Part shown: piece by piece, positions 41,801-54,399 of the stretch
How the letters are laid out: the number at the start of each line of letters is the position of its first letter
Position numbering within the stretch: position 1 is the stretch's first letter
Assembly (NCBI GenBank): GCA_964247055.1
Contig: OZ176058.1
Span: 930,001-994,000, forward strand
Length of the DNA: 64,000 nt
Source of the DNA: Paragordius varius
Lineage: Eukaryota > Animalia > Nematomorpha
Direction of reading: 5' to 3'
Notes under the pieces: generated by a model
Told to the model about the DNA's origin: nothing
The model's database searches: none
What the model saw: the letters and a program-made list of their open reading frames with translations, nothing else
Made by a program: the position numbers and the translations under genes

Positions 41801-44350
41801 ACGGATTTCGTTATATTGCTCAAATTTAACAGATTTTTGTGAATAGCCATTATGGCTACCAAATGATATACAATATATACTTTTTTAACCAATTTACAAA
41901 ACTTGGAATTATACGGACAAAACAAAAATATATATAAACAAATATTTTTTCACTAGGCTATCATATCATTACAAACCTTTATTTTTCAAAAAAATATATT
42001 AAGAATTTTATAATAGAAAATTGGCTGTGTTTCCATTAAACCTAATTTTATACAGGTAAAAACAATATGTGTTTCGTTAAATAAATTCAATTTGGTATGA
42101 TTGTCTTTTAAAAAAACTCTTTGTCTTTATATTTTTTACGTTTTGTCCTATAATTCACTGTAAATACTTTTTTAAACTCTCCACACTTTTCCAATCAATT
42201 GATGCATTAAGATCTCTTTAAACAAAATACATTTAATAAGCATTTATTATCGCCCATTGCAGATTGATTTTAAATTCGTATGCATCTATGTGAAAGTTTT
42301 CTTTTGATATGGCTTATTTATTTATATTTTTAATACCAACTTAAAACTTTTATATATTTTTTTATTTTCTGAAGAATACATATAAATTTTTTGGTCACAA
42401 TGTTTGCACAGTTTTTATTTTAAGATGTGGTATTTTAATAAATAGATGGTATGTATTTCACTGAATTTTATATTGATTATAAACTAAAAACAAATTGATA
42501 TCATTATATTTCTTGTTTAAATGGTTTAAAATTTTATAATGAACTTAAATAATAATTAAACAATGCCTTATAAATTATTTTTTTTTAATCTGAAAAAAAA
42601 CTCTTAATATTATCTATCCATCGCGTTTTACAACGTCTTCTTTTATTAATTTTTGGTTGATTAAAACTATTTTTTAATAAAAATGATAACATTATATTAA
42701 CATGATTTTGTCGATTCTAAATTCCAATTCACAGTTAATATTTTGTAAAATTAGATAAGCTACGATTTCCGTTTCTAATCATCTGACATTTCAAACGTTT
42801 TTAAAAACCTAGGTTAAAATATGGTTTTTTAATAAAAATCTTCTATTATTTACATTTTTCTGTATTTATCAATTTTTAATATCAAAGTTAATTTTTATAT
42901 ATTCAACCATAATATACAAGTTTTGCATAAGGTAAAAAAAATAAAATGGCTTAAAAAGGATTATTCTATAATTTTACATTTTTAAAAAAATGTATCTTAG
43001 GCCAAAGGTTAAGAAAGCATAATTTTATATTTGGCCCAATTCTAGAATATTTTTATGATATTTAAATTGATCAGCTATAAATTTACCCCATAAAATCATG
43101 AAGTGTAGATAAATTAAATATTTACTTTTTATTTTTTTCAACGTTTTGTGTTTTTATATTATTTTTTGATTTTAATATTTTATGCAGTAACTTTATCAAA
43201 TTAATTCTTTAATTATTACCATTAATTATTGAAATTACACAGACAAAAACTATAAAATCATTATTTAACCTAATTTTTCTAATATAAATTATTTATCATA
43301 ATTGTAAATTAAATATTGATTAGAAATTCTATACATAATTAAATTTTAGTTTAAAGTTTTCCATATTATATATGAAAATGTGGCTAAGAGCTAAATTATC
43401 TATCTGTATTGAGTCCCTTGAGACAATTAAATATTTTTTTAGCCCTTCAAATTTTTTGTTAATTAAAGGTCATGTTAAGGTCAAATAAATTCCGATACGT
43501 CTGATCATGATATCTCAAAAATATTTTGAGTGTAATTTTAATAATTTTTTCTTTTTTATTTATCTTGAATAACATTTTTAATATACCGTTGATCTCCCTT
43601 CTTATCAATTTGGTGTTGCATATTAAAATATAAATACTATACCATACCATTTGATATTTTTTAATGATATAATTATTAAATTTTATTTAAGCTTATCAAA
43701 TATTAATTTATACATATATTTGTCATTAGTTTAATCGAGAAAGCAGATATTTTTATAATTTGCTGACCTAAAAAAGTTATATGACAAATTATAATAAAAA
43801 TGATAAAACTATCTGATGATTATATATAAATATTCAAAGTTAAATTGTCACAGATATTTACAGTAAAACTTGAAAAGAAATTTTATGAACACGTAAAAAT
43901 ATAAAGATATAATTTTTTTACAAAACCATAAAAACTATGCTTTTTCTATCATAAATCGCCCATTGTTTTGAACTGTTAAGCATCAGTAAATATTCAATTA
44001 TATATATTATTTATTGTATTAAGGTTTAAAAAAGTATTTTCATCTGATTATATTTTTACATTTTGTTTGTATTTTAATATTTATTGTAATTATAATAAAT
44101 AGATGGCTTGTTTAAATCATGTTTATCCTGAAAATATAATTTATAAAATATGACTCATAAAATGGTTAAATTAAATGTGTTAAATACTTTGCAATAATTT
44201 ACAATACGAATTGTTTGCCTTAGCTTTTTGATTAAAATATTAAGAGTTAACTTATATTATAACACTTCACATCGGCTTCTCACAATTTGCCTATCTCTCA
44301 GTAATATATGTTTTAATTTTTGGTTGATTTAACTAAAAATAAAAAATTTA

Positions 44351-44639
44351 CAGTAAAAACTGAAATTATACGGACAAAACGCACAATTAAAACACAGAAA
44401 TCTTTTTTTCAAAAGACAACCATACTTTTTTAAACCCTAATTTATGCTATTCAAAACATTAAAACAATCGTAAAATATTAATTAATTGTGTTAACAATAC
44501 TTATCTCTATTTTATATTTGATGTTTAAAACAATGAGTTATATTTTAAAAAATTAAGGTTTGAAAAAGTCAAGGCTGTCTTTTAAAAAATATATTTGTCT
44601 TTATTTTACGTTTTGACTGTATAATATCAATTTCTACTG
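44351..44639. mobile_element. MITE family 2 copy
   Basis: TA|CAGTAAAAACTG ... CTACTG; reverse paralog of 12705-12974. Confidence 0.78.
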
Positions 44640-47588
44640 TTAGTAGAAAAATCTATATTTTTTGATTTTTAAAACAAATATATCTTTTTGAGATAAAATT
44701 GGGGATCAAAAAATATTTTTTTTTTGAATGATTCATAATTCGATAATTAAATTGTGAATGCGGTTGTAGAATATTTTTTTTCCAATCGAAAACGGTCGCA
44801 CCTTGTACATTATAGAATGCGTCAACTAAATGCAATTATTATAAGAATTTACGATGAGGGTCTTTTAATAATTCAAAGGTAGGGTTGTGCTGACCAGGTC
44901 AATGAATATTTATTTTTTGACCTGGGTCATTTAAAAAACAGCTGTTTTTTGATCAATTGCTAGTAATTTTTTTAAATATACAGTATTAAAAGCTATGTTT
45001 TTGAAGATTTATAAGTCCACAAACATGTGGTAATATTTATTTGAAAACAAATTCTTGATTAAATTTGATTAATATTTTTTAATAATAAATACATAAAAAC
45101 GTATAATATAAAAGAAAAAAACATGACATTAATAGTGAAACGCAAGTTACAGCTTTATTTTCACGATCTCCAATATCGCATGACATTTACTTCAGTAGTG
45201 GTCATGACCATGGTCTGAGCGGACTTTTTTGAATAAGCAGTCAAATGCACAATCTTTTCACAGATATTATATATAGAAAATCCACTTTGGCAAATCTGAA
45301 TTAAACATTTTCTTATGCGATAAAAGATTATAATTTTCATATATATCTATGAAAGGGACACCCAATTAGTCCCGCTCACAAAATGGAATTTTTAATAATG
45401 ACTAAAGCGCAAGCCTATTATCAATACTACAAACGATTCAATAAATATATTTTAAATACTTTTCCATACATTTCGTAGCAGGAAAAAATCTATAGTAGTT
45501 TTTTTAGTAGGTTTTTATGTTCAAAAGCCGGGATCAATAGCCAAAATTTCGGAAATGTATATCACACAATATTTTATTATAAAATACCTAAAAAGCCTCC
45601 TGTAATATAATCTATTTTTATAGAGGGTGCTTAATTGCTGTTAAAATAAAAATTATAGGCAAACAAAAAAATTTAAAACCAAATATTTCAAAAGAAACTA
45701 TACTTTAAATTTACTATTCTTTCCCAAATTTTACCCACAATAAAATTAAACAATGATTTTCATACCTATTATACATTATTAAAATTTTTGTGATTTTATT
45801 TAAACATGTCTGAATTTAAGTTTTTATATTTTCTACGTGTAGAATGCGATTTAAAAATAATTGAGTTCCCAAGCAGATGATGTGATGGATGAATAGTAAT
45901 AAGGTTATTAGAAATTTGTGAATGATAGATGAATATGTCAGATTTGTTTTTTAAATGATTTCATAAACAAAAATAATTAAAAATTTTATTAAATATTTAA
46001 AAGTCATGGATTGAAATAAATATTTCAAGCGAAAGTATAAAACCCATTAAATACAGTGTATATGGTTTTTTTATACACCTCATATTCTAATGTTAATTTT
46101 TGGTCCATTTACCAATCTTTTTAAATGAATAAGACAGCTATACTCCTTAAAACATATTAATTTAAATATATTACCTGAATTATTATTTTGTTTCTACTTA
46201 ACACGATATGTTATCTAAAAATTTAAAAATTGAAGTTTCAGTCTTGTTTTTACTGTAATGTTTCATATATAGATGGCTGTTTAATGTTTAAGATATTATA
46301 CCTCTATTATTATTTTTAATGAGTACGCTTTCTTTTATATGTTAAGAATTATACATAGATATTTAATTATAATTGTTTTAAAATATATTTTCTTTTTAAA
46401 GAACTAATAATATTACATGTTTAATATGGCGCTGTGTATTGCGTAGCACCTTTCTTCATATATTCTAAATTATACGAATACTAATGCCGCTCTCGTTAGT
46501 ATTTAAAATTTTTGGCTAATATAACTCTCAAACACTCCTTAAAATTAAAAAATTCTTAACAGTAAACATTACATTATAAAAACATTTTTTCCATTTTGAT
46601 CGAAAACCAGATTTTAAAATATTTGTTGATTCACATATATTTTGCAAATGTGGCCCGTAGAAATTATACAGACTAAATGTCAAATTACAGTAAAAATTTG
46701 AAATTATACGGACAAAATGTAAATTTTAAAAGAATATTTTTGTCCAAAAGACATCGGATGCTTTTTAAATCTTGATTGAATTAAATAAAATTCATTGTTT
46801 TAAAGTGCAAAATATAAAATGGAGATGTTTGGAAATACAATCCGTAACATTCTTAAGATTATTTTTGCATGTATTTAATAGAATAAATTAAAGGATAAAC
46901 TGTATAATTGTCTTTTGAAAAAAAATTGTCTTTATATTTTTACTTTTTGTCCGTATAATTTCAATTTTTACTGTAAAATATAAAAATAATTTGCAAAAGA
47001 TTATACTTTTGATTCTTTAATATTTTTTGGGCCATTGAATAAAAAATAGAGGTATTTGTAACATTCTCAATTAAATATTTTATAATTGATATTATACAGT
47101 TTATGTAGGAATATCAAGGTTTAAAAAAATGTTTGTTGTTTTAATTTTTTCATATAATTTTAATATTTAATGTTATTAACGGGAATAAATAATAAACCAC
47201 CAATAAATTAGTACAAGGAATACTTTTTGATTAAGCTTATTCTTTTACCATTATGACGTATAATTTAGAAATTATATCTTCTACGGATGTAATGATTTAT
47301 TTCTTATATAATGTCAATTTATATAATTTTTTGTAAAAATGTGGGTTTTCTTATAATTAAAACATACATAATCAGCCTGGGCTAACAATCATTTATAAAT
47401 TTTCGGAAATAATATATCATTTAAATAAAATATGTGACTTATGAAAAAATGAAAAATCTTATACATGGCATCTTACAAGCAATACCTGTTAGCCAATTAT
47501 TCTTTCTATATATAACTACTATTTCGCTTGTCTTAATATATAACTATACAAATTAAATGTGTATGGCCCATATGCATGGTTCATATTA

Positions 47589-47930
47589 CCATTTACAATT
47601 AAAATTCACCCTTGAATTCAAATTTACCGTTGAACAATTCGATTTCACCCTATATAAAAATTATGTGGTTTCGGGCTAATATAACCCATCAATAAGATGT
47701 TATTTGTTTATAAGTATATTATTTTTTCAGTATTATATTAATATTAAACAAAATTATCTTTTTAAAAAATTTTAAATATGAAGTTTATTATATTGAAATA
47801 GTTTATTTTAGGGTAATTTGAATTCTTCAAGGGTAAATTTAAATTTCTCAAGGGCATAATTGACGAGGGGGAGTTAATATAATTAAGTGTGAACTTGAGC
47901 TGTAAATGGTATGATTAATTATCAATAGTG
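47589..47930. mobile_element. MITE family 1 copy (reverse paralog of 3303-3575)
   Basis: CCATTTACAA ... CTGTAAATGG with subterminal repeats. Confidence 0.75.
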
Positions 47931-49641
47931 CTATGTCAATGATATTGTGATAATTATAATTACAATTAATAATATTATAACCAAATGTAAAATAACAAAT
48001 AATTATTTTATCAAGACAGTCATACTTTTTTATACCTAAAATTTTCTGCATGAATATTACTTTTGAAAAAAATTAAGTATATAACAATTTACATTAATTT
48101 TCAACCAAAAAACCAAATTTATATTAAGAAACAATCAAAAACATATTGTTGTCTTTTAAAAATTGTAATTGTTTTTTAGTTTTACGCTTAATTTATATTT
48201 AACATACTGATGTTACATCACTCTCCCTCTAAGTTGAGTCTATCAAGGAAACCTAAGGCTTTCGTAAAGTGATTTGTGTATAGGACCTCTTCCTCTCAAG
48301 CTTAAGAATTTCATAGGTATAAAGCCTGATTACCATGTTTATATGAACTCTATAGTCGTTTAGAAAAGTTTTACCAAGAGTAAATTTGTTTGGGAATTAT
48401 ACAGACAAAAACATGATATGTATTTAAAAGGCATTCATATATGTTTTAAACCATGATTTTTGAAACATAAGTAATCGTTGTGTGTTACAAAATAAGGAAT
48501 AGAAAGTAAATTTTTAGATTAATTATAAATATCAAAATTCTAATTAGATAGTTTATGTGGGAAATATCAAAATTTAATTAAGTATGGTTGTCTTTATATT
48601 GTTCATTTAATTTTTACTTTTTCTTTGTACAATTTTTTCTGTAATGATTGGCAATTGATGATGATGAGACAATTGTTATTTTGCCGAGGAAAAACCTCGG
48701 GATCATGCTACTCTAATTTGTATCGTAACTAATCAAATATTTTCAATTTTTTTTTCGATCTTGAAGGGGTTTAAGATAAAAAATCACTTATATTTTTTTT
48801 ATTAGCCCGAAAACACTTTAATTTTAAAGTGTATTAGAATATTCGAGGGATTAGAATTGTAATTGGTATATATATATATATGATAAATGTTTAGTCAAAT
48901 AATATGCTAAACAGACTAAAAACTACATACTCTAAAGTATACGACTTATATTTCCCATTTTAATGTTTTAAATTAAATTATTAAATGGAGTAAAACATGA
49001 GCAATTTACATCTCTCGCAATAGATGTTGTAATTAAAAAAACATTTTTTTATTTGAGGAAGCCTTGGAAAAATTTAGGTTTTTTTAAAATAAACCAATCA
49101 AAGCCAGCATTTGCTATAGGAATAATAGTACACTAAAATTAATAAATTATATAATATTAAATATACAATAATCCTAATTTAGTGAGTGTGACCAATTTAC
49201 AGTACTATTTATTATATTAAAACACAAAATGATATTTCAAATATGATTTTTGTTTACTTATTTTCGATTGCGCCGAACATAGTCGAGTCACTTTTTTGAT
49301 TTAGGCCCTCTTTTTGCCCGCTCCCCCCGTAAAATGCCATTTTTTTCAAAAAAAACAAAGTCCACAAAAATATTTTTTTGCCCATGGTATGAGACTGAAA
49401 TTCGAGAAAGATTTTTCGTATTGCCTGTTAAAAGGCAAAAAATTTTAGTAAAGCGTTTCTTTGATGATAGCTGCTGAGTAAGGAGTATCTATCATATGTA
49501 TAGCTTGTTAAAAGATATATGGATATTAAAACATTATATATGGTAATCTATATATTTATAAAAATGGAAAATGCTGGCCTTGTGATCTACAGGAAAAACG
49601 GTAGACCCATTCAAATCCAAACTTCGAACCCCCACCCCCCA

Positions 49642-49692
49642 GAAGTCCGAAGGACTTCCTCGGGCTGCGTAGCAGCACGAGATTCACGCTAG
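49642..49692 (+). mobile_element. Helitron-like 3' terminus (body probably extends left to ~49250)
   Basis: Hairpin CTCGGGCTGC-GTA-GCAGCACGAG, 7-nt spacer, CTAG|T; second hairpin GAAGTCC-GAA-GGACTTC just upstream. Confidence 0.6.
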
Positions 49693-49715
49693 TTTTTAAT
49701 ATTTTTCGTTTCTTA

Positions 49716-50392
49716 CCTCAATATTTTCTGGTTTGTGAGAATGATGGATTGTAAAATGTCTTTCAATATTGTATTATAATGTCCTTACATATGAGGCTAT
49801 TTAAATTTTTATTTAAAACGACAAAGAATTTTCCTCCCATTCTCTTTTTAAAAGGAGCGATTTTCATCGGATAATTTACGTTTTTCAGCATTAGATGTCA
49901 TCCTTTGAATTTATGTTCAAATATTATGTAAATTTCAAAAAAAGGAAAATAATTTGAATTATGCTATTAAAAAAATAGGTCGAAATTTAATGATGTTGAT
50001 TTGAAAATATTTATGGGAATGAGTTATAAATGATGCAGGGTAGCAATGAGAATATGTGTATGCAAGTTTGGATGAAATTGCTTAAATACAATAAAGCAGT
50101 GCAATAATTTTAAAATAAAAAAATAAAATAGAATGCAGAAACAAAAACAACGTGTTCCATAATGATTTTAACGTAGGGAAATTTGTCTACATTTTAAATT
50201 GGGCAAAAATTAAACTACCAAAATTAAATCCAAATAAAATAAATTAATACTGAAATAAGCGAAAATCCGATTATGTGTATTTTAAAATTTCATCAATAAA
50301 AAAAATATTTTAGTATCAATATGGTCATAGGGCAATTTTAAAGCACTCTTAGGGCCGCATGCGGCCCGCGGGCTGCGGTTTGAGTATCACTG
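49716..50392 (-). mobile_element. 5' remnant of a Charlie/SPIN-type hAT transposon
   Basis: Terminus CAGTGATACTCAAACCGCAGCCCGCGGGCCGCATGCGGCCC; decayed N-terminus from 49901, MTSNAEKRKLSDENRSF*KEWEE...LICKD. Confidence 0.75.
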
Positions 50393-50494
50393 GTCTATAG
50401 TATCGAATTGCAATAATTTTACCATATCCATGTATTTTTATCTTTTTACACATTGATATTATTTAATAAGCAAAGCATTATTATATTTATACTG

Positions 50495-50500
50495 TTTATT
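50495..50500 (-). terminator. Candidate polyadenylation signal AATAAA
   Basis: About 120 nt downstream of the TAG at 50621; weak evidence in AT-rich DNA. Confidence 0.3.
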
Positions 50501-50620
50501 TTCTTTTTGATATGAAAATTAGCACATCTATATGTTAATATTATAAATTAATTTGTTACCAATGTCTTGATATATATAAATAAAAAGTGGCTCTTTGGAA
50601 TTTTGAGGTCGAAAAGGTGG

Positions 50621-51045
50621 CTAAGCCATTTGTGTTGGACACTTCTGGTTTATAGCTTTCGTTATATTACCATTGCAAATCGTTGTTAAAGGTTGTGAAG
50701 TAACGTTGGATGTGTTGTCTGTATTGCTTGCGGTTTCCTTTTTGGTTTTATTCAAGAAGCTGGAAAATATTGATCGCATACTAAATTTAGTTCCGTGCTC
50801 ATTACTATCTCTTACTTTTTCGAATTGTTCTTCCTCAAGAAGATTAGGAAGAGGGGGCTGGCTCTCAGGCTTTTCATTAGGAAATGATAAAAATTTCCTT
50901 TCCTTCTTGAGTTGTTTCTCATAATTCAATGTTATACATTCTTTAGAAGCAGTTGAGGGGAGCGTAGTCTTGGACTCTTGAACTGTGATTACTTTTTCTT
51001 CGGGGACTTGGGTGGGTGGCCACGATGTGTCTATTCGGGAATTAT
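50621..51045 (-). CDS. Tandem repeat exon copy 5 / probable terminal exon (…NGNITKAINQKCPTQMA*)
   Basis: Same acceptor, open to TAG at 50621; AATAAA on the minus strand at 50495-50500; an internal donor is still present at 50670. Confidence 0.68.
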
Positions 51046-52432
51046 CTATTATATATAATATGTCATCAACATAACCATTCCCATTATATATTTATATGTT
51101 CAAAATGTTTTAATTTTGTTATAAGTATATAGCACTCGAATATTTATCAAATTAGGAATTTTCGAACAAACGTTTAATTCACACTAAAATTATTTTGATT
51201 TAAGAAATTGGATTATCAAGTAGATGATATTCAACATTTCTTCATTTGTGGTTGTATTGTAATTTACGGTTTTAAATTAACTATTTTAATAATTTTGGTT
51301 GTATTTTAATTTATAAGTCAAAAAAATATTTTTTTATAGTTTATAACTTTAATATATTACCATTACTAATCGTTGTTAAAGGTTTTGAATTAACGTTGAA
51401 TGTGTGGTCTGTATTTTTCTTTTTGGTTTTATTTAAGAAGCTGGAAAATATTGATCGCATACCTAATTTAGTTCCGTGCTCATTACTATCTCTTACTTTT
51501 TCAAATTGTTCTTCCTCACGAAGATTAGGAAGAGGGGGCTGGCTCTCAGGCTTTTTAGAAAGAAATGATAAAAATTTCCTTTCCTTCTTGTGTTGTTTCT
51601 CATAATTCAATGTTATACATTCTTCTTTAGGAGCAGTTGAGGGGAGCGTAGTCTTGGACTCTTGAACTGTGATTACTTTTTCTTCGGGGACTTGGCTGGG
51701 TGGCCACGATGTGTCTATTCGGGAATTATCTATTATATAAAATATGTCATCAACATAACCATTTCCATTATATATATATATATATGTTCAAAATGTTTTA
51801 ATTTTGTTATAAGTATATAGCACTCGAATATTTATGAAATTAGGAATTTTCGAACAAACGCTTAATTCACACTAAGATTATTTTGATTTAAAAATGGGAT
51901 TATCAAGTAGATGATACTCAACATTTCTTCATTTGTGGTTGTATTGTAATTTACGGTTTTAAATTATTAGTTTATAAGTCAAAAAATATTTTTTTATAGT
52001 TTTTAACTTTAATATATTACCATTGCAAATCGCTGTTAAAGGTTTTGAATTAACGTTGGATGTGTTGTCTGTATTGCTTGCGGTTTCCTTTTTGGTTTTA
52101 TTTAAGAAGCTGGAAAATATTGAATGCATACTAAATTTAGTTCCGTGCTCATTACTATCTCTTACTTTTTCAAATTGTTCTTCCTCACGAAGATTAGGAA
52201 GAGGGGGCTGGCTCTCAGGCTTTTTAGAAAGAAATGATAAAAATTTCCTTTCCTTTTGAGTTGTTTCTCATAATTCAATGTTATACATTCTTCTTTAGGA
52301 GCAGTTGAGGGGAGCGTAGTCTTGGACTCTTGAACTGTGATTACTTTTTCTTCGGCGACTTGGGTGGGTGGCCACGATGTGTCTATTCGGGAATTATCTA
52401 TTATATAATATGTCATCAACATAACCATTTCC

Positions 52433-52463
<31 letters not shown>

Positions 52464-53106
52464 TCAAAATGTTTTAATTTTGTTATAAGTATATAGCACT
52501 CGAATTATCAAATTAGGAATTTTCGTACAAACGCTTAATTCACACTAAAATTATTTTGAGTTAAAAATGGGATTATCAAGTAGATGATACTCAACATTTC
52601 TTCATTTGTGGTTGTATTGTAATTTACGGTTTTAAATTATTAGTTTATAAGTTAAAAAATATTTTTTTATAGTTTTTAACTTTAATATATTACCATTGCA
52701 AATCGCTGTTAAAGGTTTTGAATTAACGTTGGATGTGTTGTCTGTATTGCTTGCGGTTTCCTTTTTGGTTTTATTTAAGAAGCTGGAAAATATTGATTGC
52801 ATACTAAATTTAGTTCCGTGCTCATTACTATCTCTTACTTTTTCAAATTGTTCTTCCTCACGAAGATTAGGAAGAGGGGGCTGGCTCTCAGGCTTTTTAG
52901 AAAGAAATGATAAAAATTTCCTTTCCTTCTTGAGTTGTTTCTCATAATTCAATGTTATACATTCTTCTTTCGGAGCAGTTGAGGGGAGCGTAGTCTTGGA
53001 CTCTTGAACTGTGATTACTTTTTCTTCGGGGACTTGGGTGGGTGGCCACGATGTGTCTATTCGGGAATTATCTATTATATAATATGTCATCAACATAACC
53101 ATTTCC

Positions 53107-53140
<34 letters not shown>

Positions 53141-54348
53141 CAAAATGTTTTAATTTTGTTATAAGTATATAGCACTCGAATATTTATGAAATTAGGAATT
53201 TTCAAACAAACGCTTAATTCACACTAAAATTATTTTGATTTAAGAAATGGGATTATCAAGTAGATGATATTTCTTCATTTGTGGTCGTATTGTAATTTAC
53301 TGTTTTAAATTAACTAACTTAATAAATTTGGTTGTATTTTAATTTATAAGTCAAAAAATATTTTTTTATATTTTATAACTTTAATATATTACCATTGCAA
53401 ATCGTTGTTAAAGGTTTTGAATTAACGTTGGATGTGTGGTCTGTATTGCTTGCAGTTTTCTTTTTGGTTTTATTTAAGCTGGAAAATATTGATCGCATAC
53501 TAAATTTAGTTCCGTGCTCATTACTATCTCTTACTTTTTCAAATTGTTCTTCCTCACGAAGATTAGGGAGAGGGGGCTGGCTCTCAGGCTTTTTAGTAAG
53601 AAATGATAAAAACTTCCTTTCCTTCTTGAGTTGTTTCTCATAATTCAATGTTATACATTCTTCTTTAGGAGCAGTTGAGGGGAGCGTGCTCTTGGACTCT
53701 TGAACTGTCATTATTATTTCTTCGGGGACTTGGGTGGGTGGCAATGATGTGGTGGTTTTATAATTGTGATTGGTATTGAAATTTTCTTCTTTTGTTGGAG
53801 AACATTTGTTGTGGAACTTTTGTTGAAACAACTTTATATTTTTTTCGATTGAGATAACCCCGGATTCAATCAAAGAGGGGTGGTTTTCTTCGATCGAATC
53901 GGGGTTATCCTCCTCGAAATGGTTCACAGCTACAAACAATAATATAATAAAAATTTAAAAACATGCAAAGACGAAAAAACGCAAAAACCACAAGGCAAAT
54001 ATATTTTTAGTAAATATATTTATTATATTAAACCTTACACTTTATTATGGTTTCAAATTAATATCACTTTTTAATAAATAAAACCTAGATCTGGTTACTT
54101 AGAGGTGTCATAAACGGGTTTGGTGAGTATACGTCATTTGCAGATTTAAAATGTTAATCGAATACTTTAAATATAATTAAAAATAACATTGTTGTTGAAA
54201 AGGAGTGATATAGGTGATGAAAATAATATACCTGAAGAGTCAGTGTTATTTTGTAGGTGATGGCTTGAACTATATAAATATTAAATAAACTTAAAATATT
54301 CTTAATTATTATATAAAATTTGCAAAGATTTTAAAGTAAATCGCATTT

Positions 54349-54399
<51 letters not shown>

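Larger units (their letters stand above)
30300..48680 (-). repeat. Inverted arm of the same segmental duplication (more than two monomers)
   Basis: Reverse complements of position 1 lie at ~41695 and ~33045; reverse copies of 6780-8070 at 38830-40140 and 45340-46660; of 2640-3300 at 47930-48600. Confidence 0.9.
50660..53750 (-). repeat. Tandem array of ~670-690-bp exon+intron units (5 exon copies, 4 introns), highly similar
   Basis: Acceptors at 53071, 52397, 51729 and 51045; introns of 321, 296, 291 and 315 nt, each with a variable (TA)n tract. Confidence 0.95.

Noticed and set aside
50673-53643. Repeated + strand ORFs (MQIVVKG...) in the tandem array
   Set aside because: Antisense to the spliced minus-strand exons, which have the coherent splice signals
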